A DNA stretch of 48,224 nt from an uncultured Planctomycetales bacterium (GTDB taxonomy: Bacteria; 4484-113; JAFGCY01). The first letter of the stretch is position 1. Every line of letters begins with the position of its first letter. The translations under genes were made by a program, and so were the position numbers. The notes below the pieces were generated by a model that saw only the letters and a list, made by a program, of their open reading frames with translations, was not told where the DNA came from and searched no databases. Below are positions 1-8,955 of the stretch, in pieces. The stretch lies in contig CAZEJB010000012.1 of the NCBI GenBank assembly GCA_964512635.1, positions 57,989-106,212 of the forward strand, given 5' to 3'.

Positions 1-743
1 GGCAGGTGCGAGAGCAGATAGCTGCTCAGGCTGCGCTGTGAGCTGGCCAGCAGCTCCGGCAGCCGGGCCAGCGAGGTAATCTCGTAGTCCGCGCGGTGGC
101 TGGCATCCGGGTAGGCCTCAGCCCGTGAGGCGCCGGTGAAAACGCGGCAGGTGACGCAGCCCTGCCGGCGCGCCTCCTTAAAGTCACGGGAAGGCTGGTC
201 GCCGACAAAGAGTATCTGGCGGCCCTGCAGGTCAAGCTGCTCGCGCAGGAGCTGAAAGGAGCGCGGGTCCGGGCGGCGGCTGCGCGGCCCATCGATCTCA
301 TCGCTGTAGATCACCGATTCAAAGCAGCTCTCGATGCCCAGCGCTTTGAGCTTGGCCTTTTGCTGTTCCACCGGCCCCTCGGCCAGCAGGATCAGGCGAT
401 AGTGCCGGCGCAGTTCGGCCAGGGCCTCGCGCACTCCCGGATAGGGCTCCCAGCGGCGGTCTTCACCGCGATAGGCGCTGGCGGCCTCATGCAGGGCCCG
501 GACGTTAAAGCCGTTGTCGCTTTGGAAGCAGCCGAGCAGGATCGCGTTATACAGCGCCGGGTCATGCGGGCTGCGGGTCCGCAGATATTCGCTGATCGCG
601 CGCTCCACGCTTGCGGCCAGCATGCCGCGAAGGGCCGCGCCATGGCTGAGGGCGGCGACATTCCAGGCGCCGCCGTCAAAGATCGTGTCGTCCAGGTCGA
701 GTACAACCGCCTCGACTCGCGTCAAGGCACGTCCTTCAAGCAT
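1..743 (-). CDS. HAD-superfamily hydrolase (phosphatase-like); 3' end lies outside the window
   Basis: Reverse-complement translation starts MLEGRALTRVEAVVLDLDDTIFDGG. It carries the DxDxT motif I and an ILFVGDQPSRDF motif III-like segment. The frame stays open to position 1. The track ORF 360..1220(+) is antisense to it. Confidence 0.8.
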   Translation of the reverse strand, partial: MLEGRALTRVEAVVLDLDDTIFDGGAWNVAALSHGAALRGMLAASVERAISEYLRTRSPHDPALYNAILLGCFQSDNGFNVRALHEAASAYRGEDRRWEPYPGVREALAELRRHYRLILLAEGPVEQQKAKLKALGIESCFESVIYSDEIDGPRSRRPDPRSFQLLREQLDLQGRQILFVGDQPSRDFKEARRQGCVTCRVFTGASRAEAYPDASHRADYEITSLARLPELLASSQRSLSSYLLSHL

Positions 744-1045
744 CAATGTCCCCCGACATTACTGATCGGCTTCAGCCGTGGCCCGCCGGGCAGGGCGGGA
801 CTGTTGCCAGCTCCGCTGGCGTGTGGGACCTGGGCGGCGCCGGTATCCGGGCGGCTTATCCGGCGGCGCGCGCTGACAATAGATTCAACGGGGGACTTGC
901 CGATTTCTTTAGGCAATCATCAATTGGCAATGAAATGCTGCCAACCAGCCAGGCCGCCGCGCGCTTTCCAGGGCTGCAAGGAAAGCTTCGCAGGAGCCGC
1001 TGAAATAAGATTCAATGCGGCCTGCGATGGTATAATTCAATTGCG

Positions 1046-1567
1046 ATGCCCCTGGCGGAAGTGGATTTCTTCGACCTGCGTTATGACCACAGGCACAAAT
1101 CGCCGGTGCTGTTCCTCAAGGACGCGCTGCGCGAGAAGTACCTGCCCGTCTGGATCGGCGAACTTGAGGCGAGCAGCATTGAAAATGCCGTTGTGCAGAA
1201 GTCGCCGCCCCGTCCCATGACCCATGATCTGCTGGTTTCCAGCATCCACGGCCTCGGCGGCCGCCTGATCAAGGTGGTGATCGACCGCCTTGAAAAGCGC
1301 ACTTATTTCGCCACCCTGGTAATCGAAACCCGCAGCGGGCAGCAGATCGAAGTCGATTCGCGCCCCAGCGATGCCATTGCCCTGGCCCTGCGCGAGAACG
1401 CCCGGATGTACGTCGAGGACGACCTGATGTACAGCATCAAGTTCGTCGAGATCAGCGAGGCTGATGAGGACGACGATGAGGCGGATGTTGAGGGCGAGGC
1501 CATGGACTATGAAACCTTCCAGGACTTCCTGAAGAACGCCACGCCCACCGACTTCCGCGACGGCTAG
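1046..1567 (+). CDS. Bifunctional nuclease (BFN/DUF151) domain protein with acidic C-terminal tail
   Basis: 173 aa with an RPSDAIALAL-type BFN core motif and an Asp/Glu-rich tail EADEDDDEADVEGE. Confidence 0.7.
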   Translation: MPLAEVDFFDLRYDHRHKSPVLFLKDALREKYLPVWIGELEASSIENAVVQKSPPRPMTHDLLVSSIHGLGGRLIKVVIDRLEKRTYFATLVIETRSGQQIEVDSRPSDAIALALRENARMYVEDDLMYSIKFVEISEADEDDDEADVEGEAMDYETFQDFLKNATPTDFRDG

Positions 1568-1706
1568 GCCGCGCGAAGCGGACCTGCATAACTCCCCCAG
1601 AGCGCGCATATCTGCTGTGGCATCAGCGGGCCGTCCAGGACAGGGACAACAAGTCCCCTTCCCAGCGTCTTTGAATCCCAGCCCTTTTGATCAGGAGCCC
1701 TCTTGA

Positions 1707-2423
1707 TCAGGGGTTCCAGCCGCCTTCAGTCTTGCCGCCATCGTCATCGTGATCGCCGCCGCGGTCGTCTTCATCCTCGTGTTCTTCGTCCTCATCATGC
1801 CCGCGGCCCCGGCCGCGATGATCGTCATCATCATCATCGTCATCGTGGCCGCCGGAGGCGCCGCCCTTGCCTGGACGTGCCATGTCTGAAGGGCTGATGC
1901 CGCTGAGATCGATGACCAGCTCGCCTCCCTCGACACGCACCGGATAGTGCGGCAGGTCGCGCTTGGCCGGCCCCTTCAGCACCTTGCCTTCAAGATCAAA
2001 GATGCTGTGGTGGCAGGGGCATTCAAAGTCGCTCTGTTCCGCGCGGTGGTTGACCTTGCAGCGGCTGTGGGTGCAGACCCGGCTGATGGCGGTCCACTGT
2101 CCGGCGGCATCGAGCATCACATAGCCCTTGGCCGCGCCGGCCTGCCAGTCGGTGATTGCGCCATCGGCAGGCAGGCTCATACGGTACTCGGCGGGAACCG
2201 ACATGGCCTGGGCGTCAGCCCCGGCCGCGCCCTTCTCGCCGCCCTGGCCCTCGCCGCCGGCCTTCCAGGTGCTGCCGCCCGGACAGCCGCTCAGCAGCGG
2301 CAGGCCATAAAGCATGGCACCGAGCGCCCCCAGGCGTCCCAGCAGCTGGCGGCGGCTGACCGCGCCTGTAACCCGGCCTTCAGTGTTGTTCTGACTGCTC
2401 GTCATTGGTCCCTGCACTCCCAA
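1707..2423 (-). CDS. Tat-exported Rieske [2Fe-2S] domain protein with Asp/His-rich C-terminal tail
   Basis: Has an RRQLL twin-arginine motif and Rieske boxes CTHSRC...CPCHHS. The C-terminus is HDDDDDDDDHRGRGRGHDEDEEHEDEDD. The start may be the internal MTSSQ six codons downstream. Confidence 0.8.
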   Translation of the reverse strand: MGVQGPMTSSQNNTEGRVTGAVSRRQLLGRLGALGAMLYGLPLLSGCPGGSTWKAGGEGQGGEKGAAGADAQAMSVPAEYRMSLPADGAITDWQAGAAKGYVMLDAAGQWTAISRVCTHSRCKVNHRAEQSDFECPCHHSIFDLEGKVLKGPAKRDLPHYPVRVEGGELVIDLSGISPSDMARPGKGGASGGHDDDDDDDDHRGRGRGHDEDEEHEDEDDRGGDHDDDGGKTEGGWNP

Positions 2424-2450
2424 ATTCAGCCCTGCCGCTGAGGCAGTGGC

Positions 2451-3239
2451 CTAGAAATCCCAGCCGCTCTGCGGGTCCGCGACGAATTCCACCAGGTCGG
2501 CGGCGATGTGGATCGGCTGGGTCTTGTCCGAGGAGTCATAGTACACGCCAACGCCGATATGCGTATAGCTCGGGTTGAGCAGCACGGCGCGGTGGCCGCT
2601 GGAGGCCATCCAGCCGGTCACGACTTCGCTTGTGTTTTCCTGGCCCTTGGCATTGCTCTCGCCGGCGTGGTCGTAGGCCGGCGGGTTGAGCGCGCCGAGG
2701 CGGTCCCAGGGCGTCAGGCCGTCGGGCGTGTTGTGGTTGAAGTAGTCGCGCAGCGCCATATCCCGGGCGTGGGCCTGGGCCAGGCGCTCCAGGTGCGGCT
2801 CGCGAATCAGCTCGCCAAGGCCGGCCGAGCGGCGCTGGGCGTTGATTCCGGCGTAGATCTGGTCGGCCCAGAGCTGCAGGCTGGCGTTCTGGTAGACCAG
2901 CCCGCTCTGCGGCAGGGTGTCAAAGGCGTTGGCCACCCAGCGCTGGGCGACGCTCGCGCCGGAAGGTGCGTTCTCGCTGTAGCTCTCGACCGGGGGCACA
3001 GTCACCGGCGGCGTATACACCGTCTTGCCGCTGCCGCCGGGGTTGCCGATCGGCGGCAGCTCGTCATCGTGCAGGTTCGGCAGATCACTGCCGCCGCCGC
3101 AGGAGCCAAGGCCCAATGCCGCCGCCAGCAGAAGCGCCAGCCAGAGCAGGTATCGCGGCCCCCCGGAAGCGAATCTGCGCTGCGATGCGCCCTTCCCAGT
3201 TGCTTCGGGGCACAGCTCCCCGGTCAAAACAGGTCCCAT
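2451..3239 (-). CDS. CAP/SCP (YkwD-like) domain lipoprotein
   Basis: Lipobox LGLGSCGGGS is followed by a CAP-domain-like region (GHRAVLLNPSYTHIGVGVY). The track ORF begins at a GTG at 3335. The internal ATG at 3239 has a GGGAG Shine-Dalgarno about 9 nt upstream. Confidence 0.65.
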   Translation of the reverse strand: MGPVLTGELCPEATGKGASQRRFASGGPRYLLWLALLLAAALGLGSCGGGSDLPNLHDDELPPIGNPGGSGKTVYTPPVTVPPVESYSENAPSGASVAQRWVANAFDTLPQSGLVYQNASLQLWADQIYAGINAQRRSAGLGELIREPHLERLAQAHARDMALRDYFNHNTPDGLTPWDRLGALNPPAYDHAGESNAKGQENTSEVVTGWMASSGHRAVLLNPSYTHIGVGVYYDSSDKTQPIHIAADLVEFVADPQSGWDF

Positions 3240-3385
3240 CTGTTTTCTCCCACCGTGCAGATCCTTCTGCACCACCCACAGCGGGCAGGCCCGCCGAAAA
3301 GAATGTACCTGACGCCGGCCAAAAGGCAGGTACACAGTTGGATACGTTTTCGCGGGTACCGGGAACGGCCGCGGCCTGCTAGGAT

Positions 3386-3892
3386 TTGGTCATGAATACG
3401 CTTGGCCTGTGTCCAGCCTGCAAGGCCGCCTGCCGTCCTGGTGCAAGATTCTGCTCCGCCTGTGGCGCAGCGCTCCCGCCCGGGGCAGCACCGCTGCCTC
3501 CCGACCCCGCGCCCTTCGCCGCACCACCCGCGCCTGATGCGGTGTATGCGCCGCCGCCGGGCAGCCTGCCGCAGTACAGCCAGACTTATCAGCAGCAGAT
3601 CCAGGGCAACCCCCAGCTCCAGCAGCAGTATCAGGCCCAGCAGAACCCTGCCGGCTATGGCCTGGTGCCCTACAAAAACGGCCAGGCCCTCGCGGGCTAT
3701 TACATGGGCTGTCTGTCTTTCGTGCTGCCGATCCTTGCGCCTTTTGCCGTGGTCTTCGGCATCCTCGGCTTCATGCGCTCGCAGCGCGAGCCGCTGGTAA
3801 AGGGCAGCGCCCACGGCATAATCGGCATCATCGCCGGGGTGATCTCCGCCGCGCTGTGGATCCTGCTGATCTGGAGCTGGTCGAGCTATTAG
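3386..3892 (+). CDS. Zinc-ribbon / Pro-Gln-rich / DUF4190-like membrane protein
   Basis: N-terminal CPAC...CSAC ribbon, a P/Q-rich linker and a C-terminal double-TM segment (GIIGIIAGVISAALWILLIW) typical of DUF4190. Confidence 0.6.
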   Translation: MVMNTLGLCPACKAACRPGARFCSACGAALPPGAAPLPPDPAPFAAPPAPDAVYAPPPGSLPQYSQTYQQQIQGNPQLQQQYQAQQNPAGYGLVPYKNGQALAGYYMGCLSFVLPILAPFAVVFGILGFMRSQREPLVKGSAHGIIGIIAGVISAALWILLIWSWSSY

Positions 3893-4188
3893 GACAGGCG
3901 CCGGAGGTTCAGCTCCAGCCGCTCCTCCAGCATGTCGCGGCCGTGGACACCGGTAATGCGGTCGGTCACGCGCTGGCCGCGCAGGAAGATGAAGGTCGGC
4001 AGAGTCAGGATGCCATAGCGGTCCAGCGCCTCCGGCGCCTGGGCAGCGTCAATCAGCGCGAAGCGCACCAGCTTGTCATACTCCGCGGCCAGCTCTTCCA
4101 CCAGCGGCAGGACGGTACGGGCGGGACGGCTCCAGCGGGCGTGGAAGACCAGCAGCGTCGGCTGGCTGAGACTGTGGGCCTGCGCCAC
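3889..4188 (-). CDS. Thioredoxin-fold protein lacking the CxxC active site
   Basis: 99 aa with a thioredoxin-like layout (LLVFHARWSRPARTV...LTLPTFIF). WCGPC is replaced by WSRPA. It converges on and overlaps the upstream gene by 4 nt. Confidence 0.6.
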   Translation of the reverse strand: MAQAHSLSQPTLLVFHARWSRPARTVLPLVEELAAEYDKLVRFALIDAAQAPEALDRYGILTLPTFIFLRGQRVTDRITGVHGRDMLEERLELNLRRLS

Positions 4189-4261
4189 AAAGGCGCTCAG
4201 GGCGCTGTCATTGAGCTCCGGGATGACATGGGACGGGTTGATGCCTGTATTGTAGGTTACA

Positions 4262-4296
4262 GGGGACAGGGTTTAGGGGTTAGGGGGTGGGTAGGG
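4262..4296 (+). other. G-tract run (GGGGACAGGGTTTAGGGGTTAGGGGGTGGGTAGGGG) with G-quadruplex potential
   Basis: Six G3-5 tracts within 35 nt in a 500-nt divergent intergenic region. Confidence 0.4.
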
Positions 4297-4683
4297 GCGC
4301 ACTGCGTGCGCCAGCCGCGGCTTTCTGTGGCGAAGCTCTTCGCGCCCTTCCTCTTCATCTTTCCGTCCCCTCTAACCTGTCGCCCGTAAGCTCGATGCCA
4401 AAGTCTTATCTGCACCTTTGCCGGACCATCAATAAGGGCAAGTATTCACTCAGGCGTGGAAAGGCGCTCCGAAGTGCCGTCGTACCGCTAGTGCTGTTGA
4501 GCCTCAACAGCACGGGGGAGACTCCGCTGAGTATCGGCCGGCTCGCACCGGAATCACGGTCTCTCGACTCCGTCTCCCGTAAATCGTTAATTGGCTCAAC
4601 CTTCTAATGCGGCCCTCTCGAACACCCCAGGGCGCCTGCCATATTGTACCCCGACCCGCCCTCAGGGGTGTTATTCTTCATCA

Positions 4684-5853
4684 ATGTCTCACCATCCGAC
4701 CTCCCCCAAAGGCCGCCTGCGCCCTGCCCTGCCGGCCCTCGCCGGCCTGCTGCTGCTCAGCCTGTGCGCGCTGCATCCCGGCTTCGCCCGGGCCCAGTAC
4801 TATGCCGGGCTGGAGCCGGGCTATGCGCTGACTCCGGTAGCGAGCGGCGCGGGTCTGGCGCTAGATCCGGCTTCGCCGGACTTTGCCGTCCTGCGGGATG
4901 CCGCCGGCGCCCAGGGCCTGATTCTGCACGGCGCCTTCCGGGTCGAAAGCGGCATGAGCCGCTTCTTTGGGATCAACACATTCGGCCTCTCCGAGGAAGG
5001 CCAGGCCCGCCCGCTGGAGGAGGACGAACTGAGCCTGCTGCGGCCCCTGCGCCTGCCCCCGCAGGGCGAGCAGCCCAGCTACAGCTTCGATGGCCGGCAG
5101 GTCTGCATCGGCCTGGGTCAGGACCAGCCGCAGGAGGAAGGCGAGTACAACTGGAGCCCCCTGCGGGTCCTCAGCTTCGCGCTCGGCGAGGGCCGCGCTG
5201 AGCTGCTGGACCAGTGGGAGCTGCCGGCGCAGTACAGCGAAGGCATCTATGCCCTCGACCTGGTCCGCGACGGCGTCGTCGAGCTGGTCGTGCCCTGGGC
5301 TACCGGCGTGGCGGGCGGCGGCGGAGCGGATGTGATGGCCGTTGTGCCAACCGGCGGGCTGGCCGGCTTTGGCGGGCCGGATGAGCAGGCCGACCCCGAC
5401 TCCGACCAGAGCTCGAGCTTCTACAGCAGCAACGGCAACATCAACCTGCTGGACTTCAACGGGGACGGCGACTGGGAGCTCGAGACCAGCTTCCCGCTCT
5501 TCGCCGCGATTTATGCCTATTACTACCCGGCGCTCTACAGCTTCGACCGCCAGGCCTGGGCCTTTGTGGATGCGCGCGCCGGGATGCCGGAGTACTACGC
5601 CCCGGTGGACGATTTCTATCGCGGCCTGCTGGCTGCGCTGGAGCAGGCCCTGGCGCGCCCGGCGGACTTCTATCTTGATCCGGATCCCTTTACCGAAGGG
5701 CCGGGCTATGGCTTCCGGCAGGGCGACGAAACCCTGACCCTCTCGCCCTTCATGAGCCCCGGCGACGATCCGCAGCACCCCGTGCTGGATGACTACAACA
5801 TCGAGGTCCTGCGCAGCCTGGTGGCCGAGCTTAACGGCGCCGCGGTGCAGTAA
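4684..5853 (+). CDS. Secreted hypothetical protein
   Basis: Signal peptide MSHHPTSPKGRLRPALPALAGLLLLSLCALHPGFARA. It contains a DFNGDGDWELE calcium-site-like motif and has high GC3. The track ORF starts at an upstream TTG at 4591. Confidence 0.55.
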   Translation: MSHHPTSPKGRLRPALPALAGLLLLSLCALHPGFARAQYYAGLEPGYALTPVASGAGLALDPASPDFAVLRDAAGAQGLILHGAFRVESGMSRFFGINTFGLSEEGQARPLEEDELSLLRPLRLPPQGEQPSYSFDGRQVCIGLGQDQPQEEGEYNWSPLRVLSFALGEGRAELLDQWELPAQYSEGIYALDLVRDGVVELVVPWATGVAGGGGADVMAVVPTGGLAGFGGPDEQADPDSDQSSSFYSSNGNINLLDFNGDGDWELETSFPLFAAIYAYYYPALYSFDRQAWAFVDARAGMPEYYAPVDDFYRGLLAALEQALARPADFYLDPDPFTEGPGYGFRQGDETLTLSPFMSPGDDPQHPVLDDYNIEVLRSLVAELNGAAVQ

Positions 5854-5882
5854 ACGCCGGCTACCGTCCCTCGCCTCTTCCC

Positions 5883-7571
5883 CTACCCCTGGCCGTTCGC
5901 CGCGCTGGCGTGGACCGGCAGGGCCGAGCCCATCGCCGTGCTGCCGACGCGCTGCACGTCGCGCTCTTCTTCGGAGCGGGTCTGCAGCATGCGCTCGACG
6001 AACTTGTGGAACAGCGGGTGCGGGCGCGTCGGGCGGCCCTTGAACTCGGGGTGGAACTGCACCGCCAGGAAGTAGGGGTGGTCCTTCAGCTCGACGATCT
6101 CGATCAGCTCGCCGTCGGGGCTGGAGCCGCTGAAGACCAGGCCGGCGTCCTGGAGCTGCTGGTGGTACTTCGGGTTGACCTCCCAGCGGTGGCGGTGGCG
6201 CTCGCTGATCTTGGAGGTGCCATAGGCCTCCGCCGCCAGGCTGCCCTTGAGCAGCTTGCAGGGGTAGGCGCCAAGGCGCATCGTGCCGCCCTTGGTGTCC
6301 ACGCCGCGCTGGTGCTCCATCAGGTCGATCACCGGGTGCGGGGTGTCGGGGTCGAACTCGGTGCTGTTGGCGCCGCCAAGGTTGCAGACGTTGCGGGCGA
6401 ACTCGATCACCGCCACCTGCAGGCCGACGCAGAGCCCAAAGAAGGGCAGCTTGTTCTCCCGGGCGTACTTGATCGCCTCCATCTTGCCTTCCATGCCGCG
6501 GTAGCCGAAGCCGTAGGGGATCAGCAGGCCGTCGACCTTGCGCAGGCGGCGCTCCACCGTGTCGCGGGTCAGGCGCTCGGCATCGATCCAGACCAGCTCC
6601 AGCAGCGCGCGGTTGTGGATCGCGGAGTGGTTGATGCTCTCGATGATCGAAAGGTAGGCGTCCTTGAGCGCGTTGTACTTGCCGACCACCGCGACGCGCA
6701 CGCTGCGCTGGCGGTTATGCAGCTTGTCGCGCATGCGCTCCCACTCGGTCAGGTCCGGGCGGCGGCTCTCGAGGCCGAGCAGTTCGGTCACCTGGCGGCC
6801 GAAGGCCTGCTCCTCAAGCAGCGCCGGGACGTCGTAAATGCTGTCGCTGTCGCGGCCCTCGATGACGTGCTCGGGCTGGACGTCGCAGAACAGCGCGATC
6901 TTGCTCTTGACTTCCTTGTTCATCGGCCGCGCGGTGCGGCAGACGATGATGTCGGGCTGGATGCCGATGCCGCGCATCTCGGCCACGCTGTGCTGGGTCA
7001 GCTTGGTCTTCAGCTCGCCGCCGGACTCCAGGTAGGGGATCAGCGTAACGTGGATATTGATCGCGTTGCTGCGGCCGACCTCGTTCTTGAACTGGCGGAT
7101 CGCTTCTAGGTAGGGCAGGCCCTCGATGTCGCCGATGGTCCCGCCGGTCTCGCAGATCACGATCTCGGCGCGCGTCTTCATGCCCAGCAGGCGCAGCCGC
7201 GCCTTGATCTCGTCGGTGATATGCGGGATGACCTGCACGCAGCGGCCGAGGTACTCGCCCTCGCGCTCCTTGGCGATCACGCTGCTGTAGATCTGGCCAG
7301 TGGTGACGTTGCTGTAGCGCGAGAGGTCCTCGTCCATGAAGCGCTCATAGTGGCCAAGGTCGAGGTCGGTCTCGGCGCCGTCATCGGTGACAAACACCTC
7401 GCCGTGCTGGATCGGGCTCATCGTGCCGGCGTCGACATTGATATAGGGGTCGAACTTCAGCACGGAAACCTTATAGCCCTGGGCCTTCAGCAGCAGGCCG
7501 AGGGAGGCGGAGATAATGCCCTTGCCGATGCTGCTGACGTTGCCGCCGGTGATGAAAATGTACTTGGTCAT
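5883..7571 (-). CDS. pyrG: CTP synthase
   Basis: Canonical N-terminus MTKYIFITGGNVSSIGKGI...DPYINVDAGTMSP and a glutamine amidotransferase C-domain (GLCVGLQ, HPEF). Confidence 0.95.
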   Translation of the reverse strand: MTKYIFITGGNVSSIGKGIISASLGLLLKAQGYKVSVLKFDPYINVDAGTMSPIQHGEVFVTDDGAETDLDLGHYERFMDEDLSRYSNVTTGQIYSSVIAKEREGEYLGRCVQVIPHITDEIKARLRLLGMKTRAEIVICETGGTIGDIEGLPYLEAIRQFKNEVGRSNAINIHVTLIPYLESGGELKTKLTQHSVAEMRGIGIQPDIIVCRTARPMNKEVKSKIALFCDVQPEHVIEGRDSDSIYDVPALLEEQAFGRQVTELLGLESRRPDLTEWERMRDKLHNRQRSVRVAVVGKYNALKDAYLSIIESINHSAIHNRALLELVWIDAERLTRDTVERRLRKVDGLLIPYGFGYRGMEGKMEAIKYARENKLPFFGLCVGLQVAVIEFARNVCNLGGANSTEFDPDTPHPVIDLMEHQRGVDTKGGTMRLGAYPCKLLKGSLAAEAYGTSKISERHRHRWEVNPKYHQQLQDAGLVFSGSSPDGELIEIVELKDHPYFLAVQFHPEFKGRPTRPHPLFHKFVERMLQTRSEEERDVQRVGSTAMGSALPVHASAANGQG

Positions 7572-7797
7572 GGGGTCTATACCTCTTGCGGCGGCCTTCC
7601 TGCGTAATCCCGCCGCGGAATCCTAGCACGAAGAGGCGCATGGATACTAGCCTCACAGCATGGGGTATTGACTTTGCGGGCGGGGCTATGCCCGCGCGGA
7701 GATGCTGTCTCAATATGCTCCTGCGGGGAGCTTAGGCCTGGATATTCTGCCGCAGACGCATTCAATCCCGTCAATCTGCCGCCGCGGACACCGGGGG

Positions 7798-8943
7798 TTA
7801 ATCAGCCCGGTCGGAGGCTGGCGCCGCACTGCGTAGGCCGAATTTCTGCTGGTTCTCGTAGATCTCCTTCAGCCGCCATTTCCAGACATGGAAGGTTCCC
7901 ATCTCCCGGCGCTCCTGCGGATAGGGCGAATCCGGGTTCAGTGCTGTCCCGTCGAAGTCGTAAAGCTCTGCCACTTCGCGCAGCTCCCGCCCAGCTTCGC
8001 GGCTCTCCCGCAGCAGGAAGTTGTAGCCTCCCACGCCGCTGAAGAAGCGCAGCTCCGGGTCGGCTTCCGCCCGGCGCCGCAGTTCGTCGGCTCCGCGCCA
8101 GTAGAGCTGCTCCCACTGAATGTCGCTCAGGTTGGCCCCCAGATCGCCATAGCGGTGGAGAAGCTCGCCTCGGGCGGAGTAGCGCAGCACATTGCGGTTC
8201 GGCGGCACGGTTTCGGAGTCGAAGTCGCTGCCCGGCTCGCCATACAAAAGAAAGTCGCCATTAGGCACAAAGAGCACGGCAATCGGCGGTTTTTCCGCCA
8301 GCCAGCGGGGGATAGCGGGATAGCTCTGGGCCTCGATCAGATCCTGGACGGCCCCGGCGATGGTCGGCGGAAAGTCCTTCTCCGGCGCGGCGACGCGAAC
8401 CAGCTCGATCGCGGGTGGCGAGGTATCGGTCAGTGCCTCATCAATGCGGCGCCCCGTGGCGTACTCCCCAAGGCTCATCAGGCTCGGGTTGGCATCGCTG
8501 GCCATTCCAAACCACAGCGGGGTCAGCCAGCCCTGCTGGTCAATGCTGCAAACTGCCCCGGCCCAGCCTTCCGGAATTTCCGGGATCGGGTCTTCGCCGC
8601 TGTTCATCATGAAGATCTGCGGGAGGACATCAATGCTGTATTGCCCCTTTGCCCTTCCTGCAATGCGGTCATAGACCCAGTAGTCGAAGCTCTCATACAT
8701 GTCCTTGTATGGATTACCAGGATCATCAAGAGGCCGGATCTGTTGCCCCAGGCGCTTGGCGACTGCTGCACGCTCCTTCTCGTCACGCTGCGGATAGACG
8801 GTCCCTTCTGCCGGTGCCGGCGCCGTGCCTGACTTCATTCTATGGAGAGCCTGGCAGGATAGGCCGCCGACCAGCAGCATCCCCGATGCGGCGCTGAGGA
8901 GTAGCCATAGACAAACTTGCCTGATAACCGTGCTCATAGTCAT
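7798..8943 (-). CDS. Secreted protein with one copy of a novel ~360-aa domain (paralog of 8956..11352)
   Basis: Has a signal peptide. It shares the motifs RPLDDPGNPY, PPIAVLFVPNGDFLLYGE, QLYWRG...FFSGVGGY and LYDFDGTALNPD with the next gene. The two genes are separated by a 10-nt gap. Confidence 0.7.
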   Translation of the reverse strand: MTMSTVIRQVCLWLLLSAASGMLLVGGLSCQALHRMKSGTAPAPAEGTVYPQRDEKERAAVAKRLGQQIRPLDDPGNPYKDMYESFDYWVYDRIAGRAKGQYSIDVLPQIFMMNSGEDPIPEIPEGWAGAVCSIDQQGWLTPLWFGMASDANPSLMSLGEYATGRRIDEALTDTSPPAIELVRVAAPEKDFPPTIAGAVQDLIEAQSYPAIPRWLAEKPPIAVLFVPNGDFLLYGEPGSDFDSETVPPNRNVLRYSARGELLHRYGDLGANLSDIQWEQLYWRGADELRRRAEADPELRFFSGVGGYNFLLRESREAGRELREVAELYDFDGTALNPDSPYPQERREMGTFHVWKWRLKEIYENQQKFGLRSAAPASDRAD

Positions 8944-8955
8944 ACGTCGCCTAAC

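Noticed and set aside
360-1220. 286-aa + strand ORF at the left edge
   Set aside because: It is antisense to a clear HAD hydrolase frame, which has the DxDxT motif. It is Arg/Ala-rich, low-complexity GC-frame artefact.
4400-4600. tmRNA, RNase P RNA or SRP RNA in the structured intergenic region
   Set aside because: None of the conserved motifs I can recall is present: RNase P GGAAAGTCCGG, SRP domain-IV AGGUCAGG...GGAAGCAGC, or the tmRNA 3' end. It is left as an unclassified structured region.
5910-7109. 399-aa + strand ORF
   Set aside because: It is antisense to pyrG, which is unambiguous. It is Ala/Leu/Val-rich, typical of shadow frames in high-GC genes.
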